A DNA stretch of 63,897 nt, filler included, from Chiloscyllium plagiosum (Eukaryota), in assembly GCF_004010195.1 (NCBI RefSeq). It is 5 parts of one record of this genome, joined end to end, with 100 filler letters (N's around TTAATTAATTAA, not from the genome) between each part and the next. Parts side by side here need not be neighbours in the genome. Positions count along the whole stretch, not along the records: positions 1 to 29,156 come from NC_057717.1; 4 more parts are not named here. The stretch is one strand, 5' to 3'. The notes under the pieces are model-generated. The model did not search any database. It was not told where the DNA came from and saw only the letters and a program-made list of their open reading frames with translations. Below, in pieces: positions 11,701-24,352 of the stretch (positions within the stretch are counted from its first letter, which is position 1; every line of letters begins with the position of its first letter). A program made the translations under genes and the position numbers.

Positions 11701-14700
11701 TCCCATCTGTCAGTCCTACTTTGTAACTGCTCCAATCGCTTTTTCACTCCCCATCTATCAGGCAAAATCTGCAAAAGCTCCAACAGCTATATTACTCCTC
11801 ATCTGTAAGGCCAACTCTTTAACTTCTCCAGCAGCTCTGTCCCTCCTCATCTGTCAGGCCTACTCTGTATCTCTCCAATAGAACACTGTCACTGCACCAG
11901 CAGTTTTATCACTCTCCATCTTTCAGGCCTACTCTGGAACTCCCCCAGTAGCTATATCACTCCCCATCTTTTAGGCCAACTCTTTAACTTCCAGCAGCTA
12001 TATCACTCACATCTGTCAGGCCTACTCTGTAACTGCTCCAAGAGCTATGTCACTCTCCATCTGAAAGGCCTACCCTGTAACTGCACAAAGTGCTAAATCT
12101 CTCCCCATCTGTCAGTCCTACTCTTTAACTTCTCCAACAGCTGAAACATTCCCCATCTGCCAGGCCTACTTTGTAACTGCTCCAATCGCTTTTTCACTCC
12201 CCATCTATCAGGCATAAACTGCAACATCTCCAGCAGCCCTATCAATCCTCATCTGTAAGGCCAACCCTTCAACTTCTCCAGCAGCTGTGTCCCTCCCCAT
12301 CCGTCAGGCCTACTCTGTATCTGCTCCAATAAATATATCACTCCCTATCTGTCTGGAATACTCTGTATCTGATCCAGCAGCGATATCATTCCCGATCTGT
12401 CACGCCTACTCTGTAACTGCGCTAAGAGCTATATCGCTCCCCATCTGTCAGGCCTATGCAGTAAACACTCCAGCAGCGATACCACCCCACATCTTTCAGG
12501 CATATTGTGTTACTGCTCCAGCCACGATATCACTCCTCATCTGTCAGAACTACTCTGTAACTGCTCCAGCACAGCAGCTATATCACTCCAGATTTGTCAG
12601 GCATACTCTGTAAATGCTGCAGTCGCTATGTCACTCCCCATCTCTCAGGTCTAGTGTGTAACTTCGTCAGCAGCTATATCATTCCCAATCTGTCAGACCT
12701 ACTCTGTAAATGCTCCAAGAGCGATATCACTCCCCAACTGTCAGGCCTATTCTGTAACTACTCCAATTGCTATATCACCCCCCATCTGTCAGGCCTAATC
12801 CGTAACTCTCCAGCAGCTATATCACTCCACTACTCCAATTGCTATATCACCCCCCATCTGTCAGGCCTAATCCGTAACTGCTCCAGCAGCTATATCACTC
12901 CCCATCTCTCATGCCTACTCTGTGACTGCTTCAATATCAATCCCCATCTGTCAGGCCGATGCAGTAAACACTCCAGCAGCGATATCATCCCACATCCGTC
13001 AGGCATACTGAGTTACTGCTCAAGCCGCTATATCACTCCCAATCCGTCAGGCCTACTCTGTAAATACTCGAGCAGCTCAATCACTCCCCATTTGGCAAGC
13101 CGACGCAGTAACTGCTCCAACAGCTATATCACACCACATATGTCAAACCTACTCTGTAACTGCACCAGCCACGATTTCACACCCCATCTGAAAGGCCTAC
13201 TCTGTCACCGCACCAGCAGCTTTATCACTCCCCATCTGTGAGTCCTACTCTGTAACTTCTCCAACAGCTGAAACATTCCCCATCTGTCAGGCCTACTTTG
13301 TAAATGCTCCAATCACTTTATCACTCCCCATCTAACAGGCAAAATCTGCAACAGCTCCAACAGCTATATCACTCCTCATCTGTAAGGCCAACTCTTTAAT
13401 TCTCCAGCAGCTGTGTCCGTCCCCATCTGTCAGGCCTACTCTGTATCTGCTCCAATAGATATATCACTCCCCATCTGTCTGGAATACTCTGTAACTGATC
13501 CAGCAGCGATATCACTCCCCATCTGTCAGGCCAACTGTGTAAATACTTCAGCAGCGATAGCACTCCACGCCTTTCAGGCCTATTCTTCAACTGCTCCAGC
13601 AGCGATAACAACCCACATCCCTCAGGCCTACTCAGGCTCCAGCAGCTATATCATTCCCCATCTGTCAGGCCGACTCCCCAACTGCTCCAACTGCTACATA
13701 ACTCCCATCTGTCAGGTCTACTCTGTCACTGCACCAGCAGCTTTATCACTCCCCATCTTTCAGGCCTACTGTGTAACTGCCCCAGCAGCTGTATCACTCC
13801 CATCTGTCAGGCCTACTCTGTAACTGCTCCAAGAGCTATATCACTCCCCGTCTGAAAGGCTTACCCTGTAACTACACAAAGTGCAAAATTTCTCCCCATC
13901 TGTCAGGTCTACTCTGTAACAGCTCCTGCACTATATCACTCCTCATCTGTCAGGCCAACTCTTTAACTTCTCCAGCAGCTGTGTCCCTCCCCATCTGTCA
14001 GCACTACACTGCAACTGCACCATCATTTATATCATTCAACATCTGTCAGGTCTACTCTGTAACTGCTACATTAGCTTTTTCACTCCCCATCTGCCAGGCT
14101 GACTCTGTAACTGCGCCAGTATCTGTATCTCTCCCCATCTGAAAGGTCTACTCTGTAACTGCTCGAATAGCTAACGCACACCCCATCTTTCAGGCCTACT
14201 CTGTAAATACATCAGCAGCTGTATATCTCCCCATCTGTCAAACTTAATCTGCAACTGCTCCAGCAGCCACATCACTCCACATCTGTCAGGCCCACTCTTT
14301 AAATGCTCCAACAGCTATATCACTCCCAATTCATCAGACCTACTCTGAAAATACTCTAGCAGCTCGATCACTCCCCATCTGTCAAGCGTACTCTGTAACT
14401 GCTCCAGCCATTATGTCACTCCTCATCTGTCAGGCCTACTCTGTAACTGCTAAAACAGCAATATCACTTGCCATCTGTCAGGCTTACTCTGTAACTTCTC
14501 CAGCAACTATATCACTCCCCATCTGTCAGGCTTACTCTGTAACTTCTCCAGCCATTATATCACTCCCCATCTGTCAGCCTACTCTGTAACTACCCCAGCA
14601 ACTATATCACTCTCCATCTGTCAGGCCTACTCTGTAAATACATCAGCAGTGATACCATCCACATTTGTCAAGCATACTCTGTAACTGCTCCAGCAGCTAT

Positions 14701-17700
14701 ATCACTCCCCATCTGTCAGGCCTACTCTGTAACTGCTCCAGTCGCTATATTACTCCAAAACTGTCAGGCCTACTCTGTAACTGCTCCAGCAACTATATCA
14801 CTTCCCATCTGTCAGGCCTACTCTGTAACTGCTCCAATAGCTAACGCACACCCCATCTTTCAGGCCTACTCTGTAAATACATCAGCAGCTGTATATCTCC
14901 CCATCTGTCAAACTTAATCTGCAACTGCTCCAGCAGCCACATCACTCCACATCTGTCTGGCTTACTCTGTAAATGCTCCAGACGTTATATCACTTCCCAT
15001 CTATCAGGCCTACTCTGTAACTGCTCCAGCAGCTATATCACACCCCATCCATCAGGCTTACTCTGTAACTGCACCAGAAGCCATATCACTCTCCATCTGT
15101 CAGGCCTCCACTGTATCTGCTCCAGCATCTGTTTCACTCCAGAAATGTCAGGCCTACTCTGTAACTGCACCAAGATCTATATGACTCACTATCTGTCAGG
15201 CTTACTCTGTAACTGCTAAAGCAGCTAAATCACTCCCCATCTGTAAGGCCAACCCTTTAACTTCTCCAGCAGTTGTATCACTCCCCATCTGTCAGGCCTA
15301 CTCTGTAACTGCTCCAACAGCTAACACAATCCCCATCTGTCAGGCCTAGTCTGTAAATACATCAGCAGCTGTATATCTCCCTATCTGTCAGGCTTATTCT
15401 GTAACTGCTCCAGACATTATATTACTTCCCATCTATCAGTCTTACTCAGTAACTGCTACAAAAGCTATATCACAACCCATCCATCAGGCCTATTCTGTAA
15501 CTGCACCAGCAGCTATATCACTCCCCATCTGTCAGGCCCACACTGTATCTGCTCCAGCATCTATATCACTCCCCATCTGTCAGACCAACTCTTTAACTTC
15601 TCCAACAGCTGTATCACTCCCCATCTGTCAGGCCTACTCTGTAAAAACATCAGCAGCGATACCATCCACATTTGTCAAGTGTACTCTGTAACTGCTCCAG
15701 CAGCTATATCACTCCCCATTTGCCAGGCCTACTCTGTAACTGCTCCAGTCGCTATATTATTCCACAACTGTCAGGCCTATTCTCTAACTGCTCCAACAGG
15801 TAACGCACTCCCCATCTGTCAGGCCTACTCTGAAAATACAATCAGCAGCTGTATCTCTCCCTATCTGTCAGTCTTGCTCTGTAACTGCTCCAGACTTTAT
15901 ATCACTTCCCATCTATCAGTCCTAATCAGTAACTGCTACAGCAGCTATGTCACTCTCCATCTGTCAAACTACACTGGATCTGCTCCAGAATCTATATTAC
16001 TTCACAAAGGTCAGACCTACTATGTAACGGCACCAAGGGCTATATGACTCCCTGTCAGGCCTACTCTGCAACTGCTAAAACAGCTATATCATGTGCCATC
16101 TGTCAGGCCTACACTGTAACTGTTCCAGCTGCTATATCATTCCCAATCTTTCAGGCCTACTCTGTAACTGCTCTAAGAGTGATATCATTCCCAATTTGTC
16201 TGGCCTGCTCTGTAAATGCTTCAACAGCAATATTGCGCCACATCTGTCTGGCATTCTCTTTACCTGCTCCAGCCATTATGTCACTCCTCATCTGTCAGGC
16301 CTACTCTGTAACTCCTCCAGCCGCTATGTCACACTCCATCTGTCAGGCCTACTCTGTATCTGCTTCAATAGCTATATTACTCGCCCTCTGCCAGGCCTAC
16401 GCTGTAACTGCTCCAGACACTGCACCACTTTCCATCAGTCAGGCCTACTCTGTAAATAATCCAGCAACGATTTCACTCCCCAGTGGTCAGGCATAACTAT
16501 AACTGCTCCAGCCGCAATATCACTCCCAATCTGTCAGGTCTACTCTGTAACTGCCCTAACAGCTGTATCACTCCCCACCTGTTAGGCCTATTCTGTAACT
16601 GCTCCAAGAGCGATATGATTTCCAATCTGTCTGGTCTACTCTGCAAATGCTTCAACAGCGATACCATGCCACATCTGTCCAGCATACTCTTTACCTGCTC
16701 CAGCCATTACATCACTCCTCATCTGTCAGGCCTCCTCTGTATCTGCTTCAATAGCTACATCACTCGCCCTCTGTCAGGCCTACTCTGAAACTGCTCCAGC
16801 CGCTACATCACTCCCCATCTGTCAGGCCAACTCTCAAGTCTCTCCAACAGCTATATCACTCCCCACCTGTCAGCCTATTCTATAACTGCTACAGACAATG
16901 TATCACTCGCGATCTGTCAGGCCTACTCTTTAAATACTCCAGCAACCATATCACTCCCCGTCAGTCAGGCATAATCTGTAACTTCTCCAGCCACAATATC
17001 ACTGCCCATCTGTCAGGTCTACTCTGTAACTGCCCTAGCATCTGTGTCACTCCCCATCTGTTAGGCCTATTCTGTAACTGCTCCATGAGCCATATCACTC
17101 CACATCTGAAAGGCTTACCCTGTAACTGCTCCAATTCCTTTTTCACTTCCTATCTATAAGGCATACTCTGTAGTAGCTCCAGTATCTATATCAATCCACA
17201 TCTGTTAGGCCAACTCTTTAACTTCTCAAGCAGCTGTATCCCTCCCAATCTGTCAAGCCTACTCTGTATCTGGTCCAATAGATATAATATTCCCCATCAC
17301 TCAGGCCGTCTCTGTTTTTGCTCTAGCCGCTATATCAATCTCCATTTGTCATGCCAACTGTGCAAATACTTCAGCAGCGATACCACTCCCCATTTCTAAG
17401 GCGTACTGTGTAAATACTTCAGCAGCGATATGACTCCCCATCTGTCAGGCCTACTCTGTAACTGCTGCAGCCGCAATAACGCTCACTATCTGCCAGGCCT
17501 ACTCTGGAGATCCTCCAGCAGCGATATCACTCTGCATCTGTTAGGACTACTCAGTAACTGATGCAGCCGCTTTGTCACTCCTCAGCTGTCAGGCCTACTC
17601 TGTAACTGCTCCAGCCACTATATCAATCATTATCTGTCAGGCCTACTGTGTCACTGCTCCTGCACCTATGTCACTCCACATCTGTCAGGCCTACTCTGTA

Positions 17701-20700
17701 ACTGCTCCAAAAGCTAAGCACTCCCCATTTGTTAAGCTTACACTGTAAATACTTCAGCAGCGATATCATTCCCCATCTGTCAGACTTTCTCTGTATTTTC
17801 CCCAGCCATTGTATTACACCACATCTGGCAGGCCTACTCTTTAACGGCTCCAGCAGTTGTATCACTACCTATCTGTCTCGCCTTGTCTGTAACTGTTCCT
17901 GCTGCTATATCACTCCCCATCTGTCAGGCCTACTCGGTAACTGCTCCAGCCGCAATAACGCTCCCTATCTGTCAGGACTACTCTGTAACTGCTGCAGCCG
18001 CTATGTAACTCCCCAGCTGTCAGGCCTAATCTGTAACTGCTCCAGCAACTATATCACTCGCCATCTGTCAGGCCTACTCTGTAACTGCTCCANNNNNNNN
18101 NNNNNNNNNNNNNNNNNNAGGTGAGGGTGATAGGTCAGACTGGGGTGGGGGCGGAGAGGTCAGGAAGAAGATTGCAGGTTAGGAAGGCGGTGCTGAATTC
18201 GATGGATTTGACTGAGACAAGGTGGGGGGAGGGGAAATGAGGAAACTGGTGAAATCCGAGTTCAGCAACACATTTTCAGCTCTGATCTCCAGCATCTGCA
18301 GACCTCACTTTCTCCTTCTCTGTAAACACTCCAGCAACGATATCACTCCCCATCTGTCAGGCCTTCTCTGTAAACACTCGAGCAACGATATCACTCCGCA
18401 TCTGTCAGGCATAATCTATAACTGCTGTAGCCGCAATATCACCACCCATCTTTCAGGCCTACTCTGTAACTACCCCAGCAGCTATATCACTCCCCATCAG
18501 TTATGATAACTCTTTAACTTCTCTAGCAGTTGCATTATTCCCATCTGTCAGGCCTACTCTCTAACTGCTCCAATAGCTATATCACTCACCATCTGAAAGG
18601 CCGACACTGTACCTGTTCCAGCCACTATATCACTACCAATCTGAAAGACCTACTCTGTAATTGCTCCAACAGCGATATGACTCCCGATCTGTCTGGCCTA
18701 CTCTGTAACTGCTCCAGCAGCGATATCACACACCATCTGCCATGACTACACTGCAACTGCTCCATCAGCTGTATGACTCCCCATCTTTCAGTCCTACTGT
18801 GTAACTGCTACAGCAGCTGTATGACTCCCCATCTTGCAGTCCTACTGTGTAACTGCTACAGCTGCTATATCACTCACCATATGTCAGGCCTACTCAGCAA
18901 CTGCTGCAACAGCTATATCACTCCCCATCTGTCAGGCCTACTCTGTATCTGCTACAGCCACTATCTCACTCACCATCTGTCAGGCCTACTCTGTATCTGC
19001 TACAGCCACTATATCACTCACCATCTGTCAGGCCTACTCTGTAACTGCTCCAAGAGCTATATCACACCCCATCTGAAAAGCCGACACTGTAACTTCTCCA
19101 ATACCTTTTTCACACCATCTGTCAGGCATACTCTGTAACTGTTCCAGCAGCTGTATCACTCCCCATTTGTCAGGCCAACTATCGAACTGCTCCAGCAGTG
19201 ATATGACTCCACATCTGTCAGGCGTAGCTGTAACTGCTCCAATCTGTAAGGCCGAGTCTGTAACTGCTCCAATATGTTTTCCACTCCCCATCTGTCAGGC
19301 ATATTCTGTTACTGCTCCAGCCAGTCCAGCAATCCCCAAATGTCAGGCCTACTCTGTAACTGCTCCAGCAGCGAAATCACTCCCCATCTGTCAGGTCTAC
19401 TCTGTATCTGCACCAGGAGTTATATTAATCCCCATCTGTCAGGCCTACTCTGTATCTTCTCCAATAGCTATATCACTCCCCATCTGTCAGGCCTAATCTG
19501 TAACTGCTCCAAAACCCATATGACTCCCCATCTATGAGGGCTGTTCTGTAAATACCCCATCAGTGATATCACACCACATTTGTCAGGCCTACTATGTAAT
19601 TGATCCAGCAGCTATGTCATTTCCCATCTGTCAGACATACTCTATAACTGCTCCAGCCGCTATAAGACTCCACATCTGTCAGGCCTACACTGAATCTGCT
19701 CGAATTGCTATATCACTCCCCATCTATCATGCCTACTCTATAACTGCTCCAGACACTGTATCACTCCCATCTGTGAGGCCTACTCTATAACTGCTCCAAC
19801 GGCTATGTCACTCCACATCTGTCAGGCCTACTCTGTAACTGCTCCAAAAGCTAAGCACTCCCCATTTGTTAAGCTTACATTGTAAATACTTCAGCAGCGA
19901 TATCATTCCCCATCTGTCAGACTTTCTCTGTATTTTCCCCAGCCATTATATTACACCACATCTGGCAGGCCTACTCTTTAACGGCTCCAGCAGCTGTATC
20001 ACTCCCTATCTGTCTCGCCTTGTCTGTAACTGTTCCTGCCGCTATATCACTCCCCATCTGTCAAGCCTACTCGGTAACTGCTCCAGACACTACATCACTC
20101 GCCATCTGTCAGGACTACTCTGTAACTGCTCCAACAGCTACATCACTCCCCATCTGTCAGGCCTAGTCTGTAACTGCTCCAGACCCTGTATCACTCCCCA
20201 TCTGTCGGGCCTACTCTGTTACTGCTCCAAAAGCTAAATCACTCCCCATCCTGTTGGGCCTACTCTGTAAATACTTCAGCAGCGATATCATTCCTCATCT
20301 GTCAGGCTTTCTCTGTACCTGCCCCAGCCGTTGTATCACTCCCCATCTCTTAGGCCTACTTTTTAACGGCTCCATCAGCTGTATCACTCCCTACCTCTCA
20401 GGCCTTGTCTGTAACTGCTCCAGCAGCTATATGACTCCTCATCTGTCGGGCCTGGTCTGTAACTGCTGCAGAAGGTATATCACTTCACATCTGTCAGGCA
20501 TTCACTCTCACTGCCCCAACTTTTATATCACTCCCTATCTGTCAGGCTTACTCTGTAACTGCTCCAGACGTAATATCAATCCCCAACTGTCAGGCCTACT
20601 CGGTAAATGCTCCAGCAGCGAAATCACTCCCCATCTGTCAGGCCTACACTGTATCTGCTCGAATAGTTATATCACTCCCCATCTGTCAGGCCTCCTCTGT

Positions 20701-21182
20701 AACTGCTCTAGCCGCTACATTAATCGCCATCTGTCAGACATAGTCTTTACCTGCTCCAGCTACTATATCACTCCCAATTTGTCAAGCCTAATCTATAACT
20801 GCTCCTGCAGTGATATCACTCCACATCTATCAGGCATACTCTGTAACTGCTCCAATCGGTATATCAGTGCCCATCTGTCAGGCATACTCTGTGTCTATTC
20901 CAGCCACGATATCACTCACTATCTCTCAGGCCTACTCTGGAACTGCTCCAGCTGTTATAGCACTCCCCATCTGTCAGGACGAGTCTGTGACTGCTCCAGC
21001 ATTTGTAACACTGCCCGTCTGTCAGGCCTACTATGTAACTGCTCCAAAACATAAATCACTCCCCATCTGTGAGGCCTACTCTGTAACTGCTCCAGCCGCT
21101 ATAGCATTCCCTATCTGTCAGGATGAGTCTGTGACTGCTCCAGTATTTGTAACACTGCCCATCCATCAGACCTACTCCAGTC
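8738..21182 (+). repeat. 48-bp satellite array (~12.4 kb, roughly 250 monomers) with higher-order blocks
   Basis: Consensus CTATATCACTCCCCATCTGTCAGGCCTACTCTGTAACTGCTCCAGCAG repeats head-to-tail. It contains a StuI site (AGGCCT) and CATCTG. The ORF track shows the 16-aa periodicities ISLPICQAYSVTAPAA and YITPHLSGLLCNCSSS. Confidence 0.97.
18119..18315. mobile_element. Penelope-like fragment inserted in the satellite, next to gap 18093-18118
   Basis: 18119-18263 matches 40246-40390, and 18264-18315 (agcaacacattttcagctctgatctccagcatctgcagacctcactttctcc) matches the inverted terminal repeat end at 41664-41716. Confidence 0.85.
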
Positions 21183-21399
21183 CTCACAGATTGTGGAGGC
21201 CATTGTGTCAATAACTTGTTCCAGGTCGTGAATTTCTCCCTATATTCGGTGTACTTCTCCAGCCACAGCAACACTCCACATCTCTATTTTCTCTTCCTCT
21301 CCCTCCAGCACCTCAAAAGCTGTCTCTTTGTCTGATTCTGCAACTCTCCTTCTGTATACCGTATTACTGTGCCTAAATATCTCCCTGTTTCTGTAACTT

Positions 21400-22341
21400 T
21401 CTGAGATATGTTAGTGATTTGGAGGAATGTGTAGGTTTTCTCATCAGCAAGTTTGTCGATGCTACAAAGGTGGGTGAGTTAACAGGTAGTGAGGGCGACT
21501 GTCGGAGGAAGCAGCAGAATATAGATAGATTGGAGAGTCGGGCAGAGAAATGACAGATCTAGTTCAGTCGGATAAATGTGAGGTGATGTAATTTGGAAGA
21601 TGCAATTACAGAGGGGACATTACAGTAAATGGAAAAGTCCTGGAGAAACATAAAGTACAGACAGAGCTAGGAGTGCAGGTCCATTGCTTCCTCAAAGTGG
21701 CAATGCTGGTCACGAGAGTGTTCAAGAAAGGGTATTGAGTACAAGGGTTGGCAGGTCAAGTCGCAGTTGCAATAGACTTTGCTTCAGCCACATTTGGAAT
21801 GCTGCCTACACTTCCGGTCACCACATTACCAAAATGATGTAGACGCTTTGGAAAAGGTGCAGAGGAGGTTCACCTGGATGTTGCCTGTTATGGAGCGTGC
21901 TAGCTGTGAAGAGAGGTTGAGTAGATTAGTCTTATTTTCATTGGAAAGGAGGATGTTGAGGGGGGACCTGATTGAGGTCTACACAATCATGAGTGGTATA
22001 GACAGGGTGGATAGCAAGAAACATTTTCCCTGAGTCGAGGACTTAATTACTAGGGGTCACGAGTTCAAAGTGGGAGGCGAAACGTTTACAGCACATATAC
22101 TTGGAAAGTTCTTTAAGCAGAGGATGGTGGGGGCCTGGAATGCATTGCCAGCAGAGATGGTCGATGTGGGAACAGTTGCATCATTGAAGTTGTCTCTGGA
22201 CAGATACATTAATGGGCAGAGGGCAAAGGGCTATAGATCGTTAGAAAATAGGCGGCAGGCTTAGATATAGGATCTGGTTCAGTGCAGTCTTGGAGGGCTG
22301 AACGACCTGTTCCTATGCTGTAATTTCTTTGTTCTTTGTTC
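21400..22341 (+). mobile_element. CR1 3' portion (RT C-terminus plus 3'UTR)
   Basis: PHLECCLHFRSPHYQNDVDALEKVQRRFTWMLP...LFSLERRMLRGDLIEVY. Ends in (ttctttg)n. Confidence 0.93.
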
Positions 22342-22344
22342 CTT

Positions 22345-23640
22345 TTTCTGCTTTCTCCACTTTCTGTATTACTGTTTCTGTACACTCCTGCAAAACCAAC
22401 ATCACTCCTTATCTGTGTCACCTCCTCCAGTCCTGAAACTCCCTCAAAATGTGGAGACCCTATAATCCGCTCTATCTCTATCATCCTCTGACGTCTCTCC
22501 AACCCTCCTGATCTGTAGAACCCACTACCCTGGTGACTCTCATGATTCAGTTCCTACAAGACCCACTATCTATTTAACACCCTCCTGTCCTTATCACCAA
22601 CCCTGTCAATGTAAGCTCCTGCAGTCTCTCCATCCATCGACCTATCTCCATCACCCTGTCCAGTTCTTACCCCTCTCTCTGTGTAAACATCACACTCCCC
22701 TACAGCCCTCCCCGCCGCAGGAATCTCCTCCAGTGTGTACAATGCTCCCTATCTGTCTCCAGACCTTATTGTAGTCCTTGTGCGTGTAAGCTTTGACAGA
22801 CTCTCCAGCCTTCCTATCAATATAACCTCCAGGACCTCAGCATCCGGTATCACCAAATTTCTTCACTCACTACCGCCTTCCATGCCTCTGTTCGTTCCCC
22901 AATTCTATACAACTCTCTTAGTCTCTGTAAATAGCACCATTACATAAAATACTCCCTGTCTGTGTAAAATACACCGATCGAAAACTGAAAAGCCTCACTG
23001 CCTTTTTGATCACCTGTAGTCTCTTCAGATCTCCCTGTATCTTCGTTGACTCCATTGCCTACAGCTCATCTTATGATATGAGTCTTTAGCTCATATGTTA
23101 CTCCCCATCTCTGATATTCTTCCGTCCCTGTAATTCTCATTTATTCCTGCAGACCTTCCAATCCCCCTGATCGATTTAAGGTTCTTGATCCCCTGCAGCA
23201 TGTTTAATACCTGTAGCAGCCTCCAATCCCTCAAAGCAACCTGTTCCTGTAACCTCCTCAAATACTACAACTCACTGCCTTTGTAATATCTTCCAACATC
23301 TACAACCCTCTCGATTTCTGTAACTTCTTCCTGAACCGCTCTCCACATCTCTGTGTAACTGATGGGAATACTGCAAACCTGGCTTCACAGCCCTTACTAA
23401 CTCTCTGAACGTCTGCTGCCCTATAACCCTCAGTATCTCTGGCTCCTCCAATCCCTACAATTCCCCAAGGCTCTGAACTGATATAGCCCCTTCGAACCTC
23501 CCTACCTCAGTACACTTCTGCAGCTCCAACGAACATCCCGATCAGTGTAATGCCTACCCCTACAATCATACCTACCTCTGGATCTCCTACAGTTCCAAAT
23601 ACCATCCATTTCTGTGGAATCTCCAGTCCCAATCTGAAAC
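22345..23640 (+). repeat. Old degenerate pyrimidine-rich minisatellite (CCCTATCTCTGTAACCTCCTCCAGCCCTACAA-like)
   Basis: Recurrent ctccctatctg, ctgtaacctcctc, ccctacaa and ctctggctcctccaat variants. A similar tract lies at ~25650-26344. Confidence 0.6.
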
Positions 23641-23764
23641 CAAGAGATGATGGTAATAATCAGGAAAGTGTGGGAATATATGGTAAACGATGTGTCAGAA
23701 ATGATAACTGCACAATTCGAAACCAGTTGAATAAGCACAGCCCGTAAGACCATCCCGATGGCCC

Positions 23765-23993
23765 GGAGGCCGCATGGTGGCTCAGTGGTTAGCACTGCTG
23801 TCTCACAGCACCAGGGAACCGGCTTCGATTCCAGCCTTGGGCGATTGAAAGTGTGGTGATCTTACATTGTCACTGGGTCCGTGTGGGTTTCATCTAGGTG
23901 TTCCTGTTTTCTCCTACAGTCGAAGGATGTGCAGGTTAGTTAAGGTAGCCATGGGAAATTGTCCACACTATTGGGTTTCTGTGATTCTATGAT
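23765..23993 (+). mobile_element. V-SINE (HE1-like)
   Basis: catggtggctcagtggttagcactgctgtctcacagcaccagggaaccggcttcgattccagccttgggcga...gatgtgcaggttag. Confidence 0.85.
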
Positions 23994-24127
23994 CGGATAT
24001 AGGAGTAGGCCACTTGGACCTTCGAGCCTACTCCACTATTCAATTATGGCTGAATTGTTTCTCAATCCCGTTCTCTCACCTAGCCCTTGTAAGCCTTGAT
24101 GCCCTTGCTCATCAAAACTTATCTATC

Positions 24128-24352
24128 AGGCGAAAGTAAGGACCGCAGATGCTGGAGATTAGTGTCAAGAGTGTGGTGCTGGAAAAACACTGCAGGTCAG
24201 ACAGCATCTGAGGAGCAGGAAAACGACGTTTCTGGCAAAAACTCTTCACCAGCCCATTCCTGATGGAAGGCTTTTGTCCAACACGTGGATTCTCCTTCTC
24301 CACGGATGCTGCCTGACCTGCTGTGCTTTTCTAGCATCACAGTCCTGAGAAG
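24128..24352. mobile_element. Short Penelope-derived insertion (inverted terminal-repeat pair) nested in a minus-strand CR1 3' fragment (~23995-24840)
   Basis: Arms gtgctggaaaaacactgcaggtcagacagcatc and gatgctgcctgacctgctgtgcttttctagcatc are inverted. Flanked by aacttatctatc (24116-24127) and aacctatctatc (24353-24364). Confidence 0.8.

Noticed and set aside
8738..21182. CRISPR-like array or a real Cys-rich repeat protein gene
   Set aside because: Monomers abut with no unique spacers and there are no cas genes. The ORFs arise because 48 is divisible by 3; they switch frames and are broken by stops and 47-bp units.
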